Shown: one piece after another, positions 9,713 to 17,155 of the stretch
How positions within the stretch are numbered: the first letter of the stretch is position 1
Layout of the letters: every line of letters starts with the position of its first letter
NCBI GenBank assembly: GCA_903873955.1
Contig: CAIQQL010000116.1
Coordinates: 1 to 44,490 of the forward strand
Length of the DNA stretch: 44,490 bases
DNA from: an uncultured archaeon
GTDB taxonomy: Archaea; Nanobdellota; Nanobdellia; Pacearchaeales; GW2011-AR1
Direction of reading: 5' to 3'
Notes under the pieces: model-generated
Told to the model about the DNA's origin: nothing
What the model saw: the letters and a program-made list of their open reading frames with translations, nothing else
Databases searched by the model: none
Translations under genes and position numbers: made by a program

Positions 9713-11542
9713 ATGAAAAAAACCTTCGCAGTTTTGGCAAGCGTATTGTTTTGCTTACTTCTTGCTGCAGGCGTACAGGCATATACCGTAACTCAAAGTT
9801 ATACCACTCGAGAAGGTGTCATCAATACCGATGGTTCCTTGACCACGATGCTTCGAGCAATCTATGGCGCTCAAGCCATGGGTTTTAGTTGCATTGACGC
9901 TAGCTGCCAGTCATTAGGTGCTGTTCTTTGGAATGGCCAGGCTCTTTCCCCTGATGCAAACAACTTGATCACTGCAGTCTATCCTACACAAGGCATGTAT
10001 GCTCTCATTTTTTTTAAAGATGGATATATCCCTTACCGATATAGATTAAACGCCTCTTCATCTGACGGACAAAACGCAATCGCCCCATTAGACTTTGCTT
10101 ATCTTGCCAAAAAAAGTATCTGTGAATCAAACATTTCCCATTATTCGGTGACCAAGACTGGACAATCTCTGCATGTAACCATGCAAGCACTTGCACCAGT
10201 AGCACTTAGGAATGCCTCCTTGACTGTCCCTTCTGCCCTTGCGAACAGTTATTCTACCAGTGTCACCACAACCCTCTCGCTCATCGGACCTTCAAGCTCC
10301 AACACGACTCAAACATTAAAAATCCCCTTCTCAGGAAGCTCAGATTTTAGTTTCGATCTTTCAAATCTTGCTGCAGGAGATTACACAGTAGTACTTACCA
10401 CCACCTCAAATGATGCGATGTGCCTTACTACCCTTCCTCAAAGCGTGACCACCACCATCCATATTGAACCAATCCCAGTACTTTCTCTGCAGATCATCAG
10501 CCCTCAACAAGGCAAAGTCTACACTTCCACTAATCTGACAGTAAACCTCAATGCCACGAATGCAAATACAGTCTCCTATTCAGTCAATGGAGGAACATAT
10601 CAAGCTTACACCGCTCCTCTCGTTGTCAGCTTCAGGGAAGGCGCAAATACCCTTTCTGCCAAAGCAACCGACCTTGCTGGAAACATGGTCTCTCAACAAG
10701 TCCAGTTCACCGTCAATACCAGCAGCCATCATGCTCCAGCAACTGTAACAAACCTACATGCAGTGATGATTGGGACAAATTTCATCCATTGGAGATGGAC
10801 CAACCCAACTGACGCAGACTTCAAAGAGGCAATCGTCTATCTCAACGGAATCAACGTCGCCAACACCAGCACAGGAACCTATCCTGCAGACAATCTTGCC
10901 CAGAACACCAGTTATACACTCACCGTCAACACAGTAAATTTTGCTGGCGATGTCAATAGAGTCAATGTCAGCGATACAGAAACCACCGGCTCCGAAAATA
11001 TTGTAGATACTACCCCTCCAGGCGCAGTCACCAATCTTACCCTGGTAGCAAAGGACACTTCAAGCTTGAGCTGGAGATGGACCAACCCAACTGACGCAGA
11101 CTTCAAAGCCGTTTTGATTTATCTTAATGGAACCAATGTAGCAAACACCACAAATTCATATTACAATGCATTAGGGTTACTTTCAAACACCACCTACACG
11201 CTCACCTTGCATACGATTGATGCCTCTGGAAACATCAACACCACAGATGTCACGGATACAGAAACCACCCAAAGCAGCACAGTCCCAATAGTTACCCCAG
11301 TCCACCATTATTCTGATGATTCTTCCACTCCACGTGAGGTCCTTAATTTTTCAACAGATGTAAATCCTCGTATCAATACACCAGCAGTCTATGATGATGG
11401 AGACGCAACTGTAGCTCTTAACAATAAAACGGCTACCCTCTCTCCAAACAATCCACTCAATACGCCTCTTCTTTACCTGTTAGGTGCCGGTTGCATCCTG
11501 CTCCTTATCCTGGTACTTCTGGTCCTATTATTAAAGAGATAA
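9713..11542 (+). CDS. Cell-surface protein with tandem FN3-like repeats and a C-terminal TM anchor
   Basis: ATG at 9713 gives the signal peptide 'MKKTFAVLASVLFCLLLAAGVQA'. The track start at 9605 overlaps the upstream gene. There are two ~94-aa repeats containing 'WRWTNPTDADFK..YLNG.NVANT', and a C-terminal hydrophobic anchor 'LLYLLGAGCILLLILVLLVLLLKR'. Confidence 0.7.
   Translation: MKKTFAVLASVLFCLLLAAGVQAYTVTQSYTTREGVINTDGSLTTMLRAIYGAQAMGFSCIDASCQSLGAVLWNGQALSPDANNLITAVYPTQGMYALIFFKDGYIPYRYRLNASSSDGQNAIAPLDFAYLAKKSICESNISHYSVTKTGQSLHVTMQALAPVALRNASLTVPSALANSYSTSVTTTLSLIGPSSSNTTQTLKIPFSGSSDFSFDLSNLAAGDYTVVLTTTSNDAMCLTTLPQSVTTTIHIEPIPVLSLQIISPQQGKVYTSTNLTVNLNATNANTVSYSVNGGTYQAYTAPLVVSFREGANTLSAKATDLAGNMVSQQVQFTVNTSSHHAPATVTNLHAVMIGTNFIHWRWTNPTDADFKEAIVYLNGINVANTSTGTYPADNLAQNTSYTLTVNTVNFAGDVNRVNVSDTETTGSENIVDTTPPGAVTNLTLVAKDTSSLSWRWTNPTDADFKAVLIYLNGTNVANTTNSYYNALGLLSNTTYTLTLHTIDASGNINTTDVTDTETTQSSTVPIVTPVHHYSDDSSTPREVLNFSTDVNPRINTPAVYDDGDATVALNNKTATLSPNNPLNTPLLYLLGAGCILLLILVLLVLLLKR
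10790..11108 (+). repeat. Intragenic tandem domain repeat (period 282 nt) with an identical 37-mer
   Basis: 'tggagatggaccaacccaactgacgcagacttcaaag' occurs at 10790..10826 and again at 11072..11108. Confidence 0.85.
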
Positions 11543-12157
11543 TCACCCAAAAAGAATTCTTGCGTCAACTACCCACGCATGTTCATCTGTCACCATCAAG
11601 GGATTGATGTCAAGTTCTGCAATGGAAGGATTGCCTGTTGCAAATGAGGAAAGTAAAAGAAGATTCTTTTCAATCAACTTCAGGGAATCTTTCTTGTTTT
11701 TTAACACAGCACTATAACGAAGGTCCAGGATCATCTCCTTGGCATCAGCCTTGGTGATGGGCAGGACCCTGAAAGAGACATCCTTCTCCTCTTCAACCTT
11801 GCTTCCGCCTTTGCCTAGCATGATGACCATACCGAACTCAGGTGTCTTGTTTATTCCAAGGATCAATTCATCACCCTTGACCATCTCCTGGACAGTCACT
11901 CCTTCATATCCCTCAAATTTCCTGAACTGCTCCACAACTTCTTTTGCCTGAGCGATAGTCTGGACGCCCAAAACCACACCTCCCTGCTTTTTTTTATGGA
12001 TTATCTTCTGGGAAAGGATCTTCATCGCCCAAGGAAATGACAACCGGTCCATCAACAGCGTTATCTCTTTTGATGCGACAATCACTGCACGTTTCACAAC
12101 ATCAAAACCTTCTTTTTCCAGAACATCCTCTGCCTCTTTTTCGGTAAACATGCGCAT
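11543..12157 (-). CDS. acdB: ADP-forming acetyl-CoA synthetase, beta (ATP-grasp) subunit
   Basis: 'MRMFTEKEAEDVLEKEGFDV', 'IIHKKKQGGVVLGV' and 'ELDINPLMV' match the ATP-grasp subunit of archaeal ACD. The track ORF extends to 12325, across the divergent gene. The ATG at 12157 fits the family N-terminus. Confidence 0.75.
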   Translation of the reverse strand: MRMFTEKEAEDVLEKEGFDVVKRAVIVASKEITLLMDRLSFPWAMKILSQKIIHKKKQGGVVLGVQTIAQAKEVVEQFRKFEGYEGVTVQEMVKGDELILGINKTPEFGMVIMLGKGGSKVEEEKDVSFRVLPITKADAKEMILDLRYSAVLKNKKDSLKLIEKNLLLLSSFATGNPSIAELDINPLMVTDEHAWVVDARILFG

Positions 12158-12203
12158 AATGCCGATACAAAATCTATTTATATATACCTTTCTAAAATTG
12201 ACC
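12158..12203. promoter_or_regulatory. 46-nt divergent intergenic region with an A/T-rich TATA-like core
   Basis: 'aatctatttatatatacctttc' lies between the head-to-head ACD subunit genes, about 20-28 nt from each start codon. Confidence 0.4.
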
Positions 12204-13484
12204 ATGAAAGAGTTCTTCAAACCTGAAAGTATAGCCGTCATCGGCGCTTCTGAGGAAGAGAAGAAAGTGGGAGGCATCCTAGTCAAGAAACTCAAGCAGT
12301 TCCCTGGAAAGCTCATCCCCATCAATCCTCACCATGCCTCCATCCAAGGCCTGAAAGCTTACGCTAGCATCCTCCAGTATCCCGAAAAGATAGACCTTGC
12401 GATCATTGCCGTGCCTTCCTTTGCAGTCACTTCCCTCCTTGAAGAATGCGGAAAGAAAAAGGTGCGCCAGGCAATCATCATCAGCGCAGGTTTTTCTGAA
12501 GATGGCCATCGTGAAGAGGAAGACAGGCTTGTCGCCCTGGCAAAAAGCCTGGACATACGCCTGCTAGGGCCTAATTGTTTCGGGGTATGCAATCCCTCCT
12601 ATCATCTTGATGCTACCTTCTCAGCATCATCACCCCAGGAAGGTTCGCTCGCATTCATCAGTCAAAGCGGGGCGCTCTGGAGTTTCATCTCAGATTTCTC
12701 CGTCGGTAAGTTTGGATTCTCTGGATTTGCCAGTTTAGGGAATATGGCAGACATAGAATTCGCAGATTGTATCGACTATTTTTCCCATGACAAAAAAACA
12801 AAGGCGATTGTCCTGTACATCGAGAAGCTTAAGGATGGAAAAAAGTTCCTGGAAGTCTGCCGTAAGTGCAAGAAACCCCTCTTTGCCGTAAAAGCCGGAA
12901 GCTCTGCAGTGGGCAGCAAAGCGGCAGTAAGCCATACAGGAAGTCTTGCAACGGATTTTGCAGTCTACCAAGGAGTATTCAAGCAAGCCAAGGTCACTTT
13001 ATGTGAAACACTTGAAGAGGCATTTAGTCTAGCCTCAAACAGGCAACTCCTTCCAGCAACAACAAAACGGTGGCCGTTAACACCTGGTGAAAAAGTCTTC
13101 CTTATCACCAATGCAGGAGGTGCTGGAGCTCTTGCTTCAGACTATCTCTCTAATGCCGGATTCAGGGTGGAAAAACCAGAAGACCTCAAAAATCCCTGGG
13201 ACATACTAGGAACCGCTTCAGCCAAAGAGTATGGTCTTGCCCTTGAACGCATCAGCAAGATGAAAGAATTTGACCGCATAGGAATCATCATAACTCCCCA
13301 AAGCATGACTGACCTGGAAGGCATTGCCCAAGAGATCATCAATGCAAGAAAAAATGGAGCCCCTCCACTTTTTGTGTTATTCCTTGGCGGAGCACACATG
13401 CATACCCTTAAAGAACGGCTGGAAAGAGCAGGTATTTTGTGTCATACCAGCCTAGCAGAGTTCAAACGGGCGATACAACCTTGA
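12204..13484 (+). CDS. acdA: ADP-forming acetyl-CoA synthetase, alpha (CoA-binding / succinyl-CoA-ligase-like) subunit
   Basis: 'FFKPESIAVIGASEEEKKVGG', 'LLGPNCFGV', 'AFISQSGAL' and the phosphohistidine segment 'SHTGSLA'. The ATG at 12204 follows the divergent promoter. Confidence 0.85.
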   Translation: MKEFFKPESIAVIGASEEEKKVGGILVKKLKQFPGKLIPINPHHASIQGLKAYASILQYPEKIDLAIIAVPSFAVTSLLEECGKKKVRQAIIISAGFSEDGHREEEDRLVALAKSLDIRLLGPNCFGVCNPSYHLDATFSASSPQEGSLAFISQSGALWSFISDFSVGKFGFSGFASLGNMADIEFADCIDYFSHDKKTKAIVLYIEKLKDGKKFLEVCRKCKKPLFAVKAGSSAVGSKAAVSHTGSLATDFAVYQGVFKQAKVTLCETLEEAFSLASNRQLLPATTKRWPLTPGEKVFLITNAGGAGALASDYLSNAGFRVEKPEDLKNPWDILGTASAKEYGLALERISKMKEFDRIGIIITPQSMTDLEGIAQEIINARKNGAPPLFVLFLGGAHMHTLKERLERAGILCHTSLAEFKRAIQP

Positions 13485-13701
13485 AAAAATAAGGATCAGT
13501 CCCATGATTTTGCAGGAACAGGCAAATTTTGAGGTCAAAAACCCAAAAAAAAGAAACATTTAAATATCCCAGTTTGTTTTGGCTATCATAGAAAGAAGTT
13601 AAATAAGTTAACTATTAGTTATATTAACTCATATTCACGTCCGTGTTGGACATCGTACAACATACTTTCTTTCTTAATCGAGAATAATAGTATTCTCAGC
13701 A

Positions 13702-14904
13702 ATGACCCTAAAAGGGTTGGAAAAAACATACATGGCAAAAGTAGCACCAGTTTCAATAAAGTACATGGTACATGCATCCTTCAAAGCAGAAGGACCACTT
13801 GAAAAGCCAGATGTCATTGGTGCCATATTTGGTCAGACTGAAGGTCTTTTAGGGTCCGAGCTTGAGATGCGCGAACTTCAAAAAGAAGGCAAGATTGGGC
13901 GCATTGAAGTCAATCTTGAGATGGTTGATGGGAAAAGCATTGGAGATATCCAAGTCCCAACTGCCCTTGATAAGTCAGAAACAACCATCATTGCCGCAGC
14001 ACTTGAGACCATAGACAGAATTGGTCCTACTGAAGCTAGTATCCAGGTCACCAAGATTGAGGATGTACGAGGCAGCAAGAGAGATTTCATCATTGAACGT
14101 GCTAAAAAGTTGCTTGAAGGCATTGATGGCAGCAGCGATTTCAATGATATCAGCAAGACCTTAAAGGAAGAGTCTAGGGCTGAAAAGATCCAAGAGTATG
14201 GTCCTGAACGCTTACCTGCTGGAGACCTTAGTGGCCCTGAAGTCATTGTTGTTGAAGGTAGAGCAGACGTAGTCAATCTCCTTAAAAATAGAGTGAATAA
14301 TGTCATAGGTATGAATGGAACCAAGCTTCCAGCTGAAATCGCCAAACTTGGCGCCACAAAGGAGATAACACTCTTCGTTGATGGCGACCGTGGCGGAAAG
14401 CTTATCGCCCGAAATGTCATCGACAATGCAAAGATTGCAGCTGTCGCAATGGCTCCTGATGGCAAGGAAGTCGAAGAACTTACTGGAAAAGAAATTCTCA
14501 TGGCACTTCGAAAGAAGACCACCGTCGGGGAATTCTTGCGCAAGCTCAAATATGGTGATGATGATCTTTCTGCACCAGAAGCACCTTCCAGTGTTGAAGT
14601 CTCAGCCCCCACTGCAGCATCTATCGCAGAAGCCAAAGAATCCATGAAAAAGGCCTATGAGAAGATAAAAGGCACCAAAAATGCTGCACTCTTAGACAAT
14701 AGTTTTGACATCATCCAGAAAGTAAGCCCACGGGAGGTCCCAAGATCATTACGAGAATCAAAGAAAAAAGTCTATGCTGTCCTTATTGATGGCATCGCGG
14801 TTTCAACAACCGTCTCTGCCTGTGATGAGTCAGGCGTCGCATTCCTTGGAGCCACTAATTTTTCAGGTGTTGACGGGGCAAAAGTCAATCTTGTCAGCCT
14901 TTAA
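13702..14904 (+). CDS. dnaG: Archaeal DnaG-type primase/exosome-associated Toprim protein
   Basis: 'KYMVHASFKAEGPLEKPDVIGAIFGQTEGLLG' and the Toprim motifs 'VVEGRADVVNLLK' and 'FVDGDRGG'. The start could instead be the ATG at 13732. Confidence 0.9.
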   Translation: MTLKGLEKTYMAKVAPVSIKYMVHASFKAEGPLEKPDVIGAIFGQTEGLLGSELEMRELQKEGKIGRIEVNLEMVDGKSIGDIQVPTALDKSETTIIAAALETIDRIGPTEASIQVTKIEDVRGSKRDFIIERAKKLLEGIDGSSDFNDISKTLKEESRAEKIQEYGPERLPAGDLSGPEVIVVEGRADVVNLLKNRVNNVIGMNGTKLPAEIAKLGATKEITLFVDGDRGGKLIARNVIDNAKIAAVAMAPDGKEVEELTGKEILMALRKKTTVGEFLRKLKYGDDDLSAPEAPSSVEVSAPTAASIAEAKESMKKAYEKIKGTKNAALLDNSFDIIQKVSPREVPRSLRESKKKVYAVLIDGIAVSTTVSACDESGVAFLGATNFSGVDGAKVNLVSL

Positions 14905-15027
14905 TCTTACATTCAGTCATTAATTAACCGCATCATTTAAACAACATACTTTTCAAATATTTTTCTATACTCTCCAGACAATCATGCACCTACAATACTT
15001 CAGTTCAATCATCGAAATCATGTCAAT

Positions 15028-15065
15028 GTAACTATATAGTGACAACATAACGAAAGATTTAAATA
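15028..15065 (+). promoter_or_regulatory. Bipartite promoter-like element, copy 2 (no ORF behind it)
   Basis: 'gtaactatatagtgacaacataacgaaagatttaaata'. It shares GTAAYTAYA, the 10-mer AGTGACAACA and GAAAGRTTTAAATA with copy 1. Confidence 0.45.
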
Positions 15066-15089
15066 GTCTTTATACCTTAGTTAATTAAT

Positions 15090-15690
15090 CACCTCTTTTC
15101 CCAGAGGGGGACGCTGAGTTCATCTATTTATAGCGGACTTTGCCTCCCCTTCATGGGTTTTAATCACTTTCACCTCACTTCATACTCATCAACACCAAAG
15201 TGTTATTCCCCTCTAGAATGGGGCACGAAACACGCTTGTTTTCTCTCAAGGAGAACCCTAAAAAGTTGCTCCCTAAAAAGAATGGATGTATACCTCCCGT
15301 CTAAATTCGGGCACGAAATACACCAATGCTTGCAGCACCTGCAAGAACTCTGGGAAGAGTACACGAGAGAAAAAAGGTGTTGGTGGGTTCATACTCAACG
15401 AGGGGGGTCATTCTGATCTAGATTTCAGCACGAGACTCCCTTCAGAGGCACTTTTGCGCGGAAATCCTATCTAAACTTAGGCACGATTCGCCAAAATGCC
15501 CAGAGGTCCATCAGTAGCTGGAGGAGCGGCAAAGCCATAACCTCCTGGCCTGAATGCAGGGAAATTTTAATAATGACCCTGCAGGACACCTGGAAACTTC
15601 TTATCACTATTCAGCCAGAATCAATTAGACGAAAGAGTTAAAAGCAGGACAACTCCCTATCTTTAAGATGGAACGTTCTTTTGTTTCTAT
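15090..15690 (+). ncRNA. Candidate structured non-coding transcript (boundaries approximate)
   Basis: It lies downstream of a consensus TATA element. Only short ORFs are present, and the repeat units fall in different frames. It has several hairpins and a T-rich run at 15676..15689. I saw no match to RNase P, SRP or tRNA signatures. Confidence 0.3.
15208..15488 (+). repeat. Array of 4 (+1 looser) hairpin units: [4 nt]-TCTARAWT-[4 nt complement]-CACGA
   Basis: CCCC-TCTAGAAT-GGGG-CACGA (15208), CCCG-TCTAAATT-CGGG-CACGA (15296), CTGA-TCTAGATT-TCAG-CACGA (15413), CCTA-TCTAAACT-TAGG-CACGA (15466). A looser unit, ACTC-TGGGAA-GAGT-A-CACGA, starts at 15347. Confidence 0.7.
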
Positions 15691-15804
15691 TGGGCCCTCT
15701 CCTCGCGGTAAATCCAAGGGTGTTCGGCATCCTTTCCCCAATATTTCACGCATATATTTATACAAAAGTCCTGGAGACTCCTTCTAGAGGACGTTTAAAC
15801 TCTC

Positions 15805-16113
15805 ATGGCCTCCCCACCCCGAATACTTGAATGTAAACCTTTTGGCGAGGAGGGTAAATATCTTATGACGGTTGAATATCTTGTTCCTTCCGGTAAAATG
15901 TTTAGAAAGCCAACAATCACCAAAAGCCAGTTTTACGGTACAGGCATCCTATGGTATAATTACCCGGCAGGGTCTTGCTTACCAGAGAGACTAGAACAGA
16001 TTCTGACCGGCCTGTTTTTCGAGGCCCTTAAAAATGAACGATTCAGGAATGCCCAGGCCATAGAGCCAGGTTCAATTATTCATACACCTGTTTCTTCAGG
16101 CTACCCTGCTTAA
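15805..16113 (+). CDS. Hypothetical small protein (102 aa)
   Basis: An ORF with the TATA-like 'atatttatac' (15754..15763) 42 nt upstream. I recognise no family. Confidence 0.4.
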   Translation: MASPPRILECKPFGEEGKYLMTVEYLVPSGKMFRKPTITKSQFYGTGILWYNYPAGSCLPERLEQILTGLFFEALKNERFRNAQAIEPGSIIHTPVSSGYPA

Positions 16114-16187
16114 GCAGAGGTTTTCTGTTTTTTAGGCATCTCCTCAAAGATCAGATGCCAGAATGTCAAAAAATAGAGGCGCTTTGT

Positions 16188-16508
16188 TTACCACAGCTCA
16201 TCATGGTTTCTAATGGGCGTAGAATGTCCTGGGAAACGGGGGGCAGGTTCAATCATATCATCCAGATAACCTGGCAGGGCCTCAAGATATCTCCTTCCTT
16301 CTTCAGTTTCCAAGAGAGGGTCAAGAAACGCTTGATGCATAAATCCCTTATGCGGATCGTAGAGTAAACCCAGATGCCCAAGACCAATAGGTTTCCCAGT
16401 AAAATAAGTCAGAGTTCTCTGCATAGTCCTGATGGCATGGGCATGTGAACCTGCAAGGCCGTATCCTTCAAGTCCGCCCTCATAGTTACGGTTTAATTCG
16501 TTATCCAT
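16188..16508 (-). CDS. Hypothetical small protein (106 aa)
   Basis: The ATG at 16508 ('MDNELNRNYEGG') is preceded on the minus strand by 'gctttaaatagg' (16541..16553). I recognise no family. Confidence 0.45.
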   Translation of the reverse strand: MDNELNRNYEGGLEGYGLAGSHAHAIRTMQRTLTYFTGKPIGLGHLGLLYDPHKGFMHQAFLDPLLETEEGRRYLEALPGYLDDMIEPAPRFPGHSTPIRNHDELW

Positions 16509-16585
16509 TGTATTTTTTGGTGGAAGCACAGACCGTCATGACCCTATTTAAAGCTATTGAATTTTAACTCAGTTATTATTTTGTT

Positions 16586-16622
16586 GTAACTATAAAATAG
16601 TAAAAAAAGAAAGATTTAAATA
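16586..16622 (+). promoter_or_regulatory. Bipartite promoter-like element, copy 3 (drives the AAG-like/SNF2 operon)
   Basis: 'gtaactataaaatagtaaaaaaagaaagatttaaata'. The TATA ends 21 nt before the ATG at 16644, so the mRNA is probably leaderless. Confidence 0.5.
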
Positions 16623-16643
16623 TGAAAAAAGACTAAAAAAAAG

Positions 16644-17144
16644 ATGGATTATAAGACATTTTTTAGCAGAAAAGCTGAAGAAGTAGCGCAGGATCTTTTA
16701 GGATATTTTGCCATACGCAAAAATGATTCAGGGATATTTGCCGCAGTAATAACCGAGACCGCTGCCTATCGCGGAGGCAAGATCACCCCTGCACGACAGG
16801 GTATGCTTTACGAGCCAGGCAGGATATTCCTTATGCCTAACCGAGGTCATCTCCTGCTCAATATTGCCTGTCAGGGCGATATGCCTGCCTGTGTCGAGCT
16901 CAGAGAAATCTCATTTCCTTTCGCACTTGCCTCCCCTCCCAATTTCCCCCGTCCGCGAAGAACCATAAATGGGGCAGGGACCCTCAGCAAATTCTTAGAA
17001 CTAGACGCTCAAATGGACAATACCCTTCTTGGAGATGCATTTTCAATCTCAGACACAAAGTACAAAACCGGAATGACGTCGAGAATCGATACAACTCTGG
17101 AAGATCAAGCCGATAACCTCATCGGAGTCTACCGCTTTTCATAG
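16644..17144 (+). CDS. 3-methyladenine DNA glycosylase (AAG/MPG, PF02245-like) fold protein, probably non-catalytic
   Basis: 'FFSRKAEEVAQDLLG', 'ITETAAYRGG', 'GMLYEPGRIFLM' and 'NIACQGDMPACVELREI' run parallel to human AAG 'FF..PAV.LARAFLG', 'VETEAYLG', 'GMFMKPGTLYVY' and 'NISSQGDGACVLLRALE' (recalled from memory). Confidence 0.65.
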   Translation: MDYKTFFSRKAEEVAQDLLGYFAIRKNDSGIFAAVITETAAYRGGKITPARQGMLYEPGRIFLMPNRGHLLLNIACQGDMPACVELREISFPFALASPPNFPRPRRTINGAGTLSKFLELDAQMDNTLLGDAFSISDTKYKTGMTSRIDTTLEDQADNLIGVYRFS

Positions 17145-17155
17145 GAGGTCTTGAG

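Noticed and set aside
12150-12325. Overlapping 5' extensions of the two ACD subunit ORFs (plus ORF from 12150, minus ORF to 12325).
   Set aside because: The extensions run through each other and through the opposite gene. The family-typical N-termini begin at 12204 (+) and 12157 (-).
15153-15474. Track ORFs 15153..15416 (87 aa) and 15286..15474 (62 aa) as real small proteins or a decayed repeat protein (the units translate as L[END]x[GS]T[KRI]).
   Set aside because: The repeated units fall in different reading frames (phase 0,1,1,0). The variable positions change as complementary pairs (CCCC/GGGG, CCCG/CGGG, CTGA/TCAG, CCTA/TAGG). This is expected for a hairpin, not for codons. No start codon sits at a sensible distance from the TATA at 15058..15065.
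15208-15488. A CRISPR array or type III toxin-antitoxin repeat RNA.
   Set aside because: The units are only ~21 nt and are not identical. They are irregularly spaced (53-117 nt between the clear copies). I recognise no cas gene or ToxN-like endoribonuclease nearby.
14905-15500. A replication origin: an A/T-rich ~190 bp stretch followed by repeated boxes, next to dnaG.
   Set aside because: No orc1/cdc6 gene is adjacent. All the boxes have the same orientation rather than inverted around the A/T-rich stretch. They do not resemble the ORB/mini-ORB consensus I know. The A/T-rich stretch contains a good promoter element instead. This cannot be excluded without skew or marker-frequency analysis.
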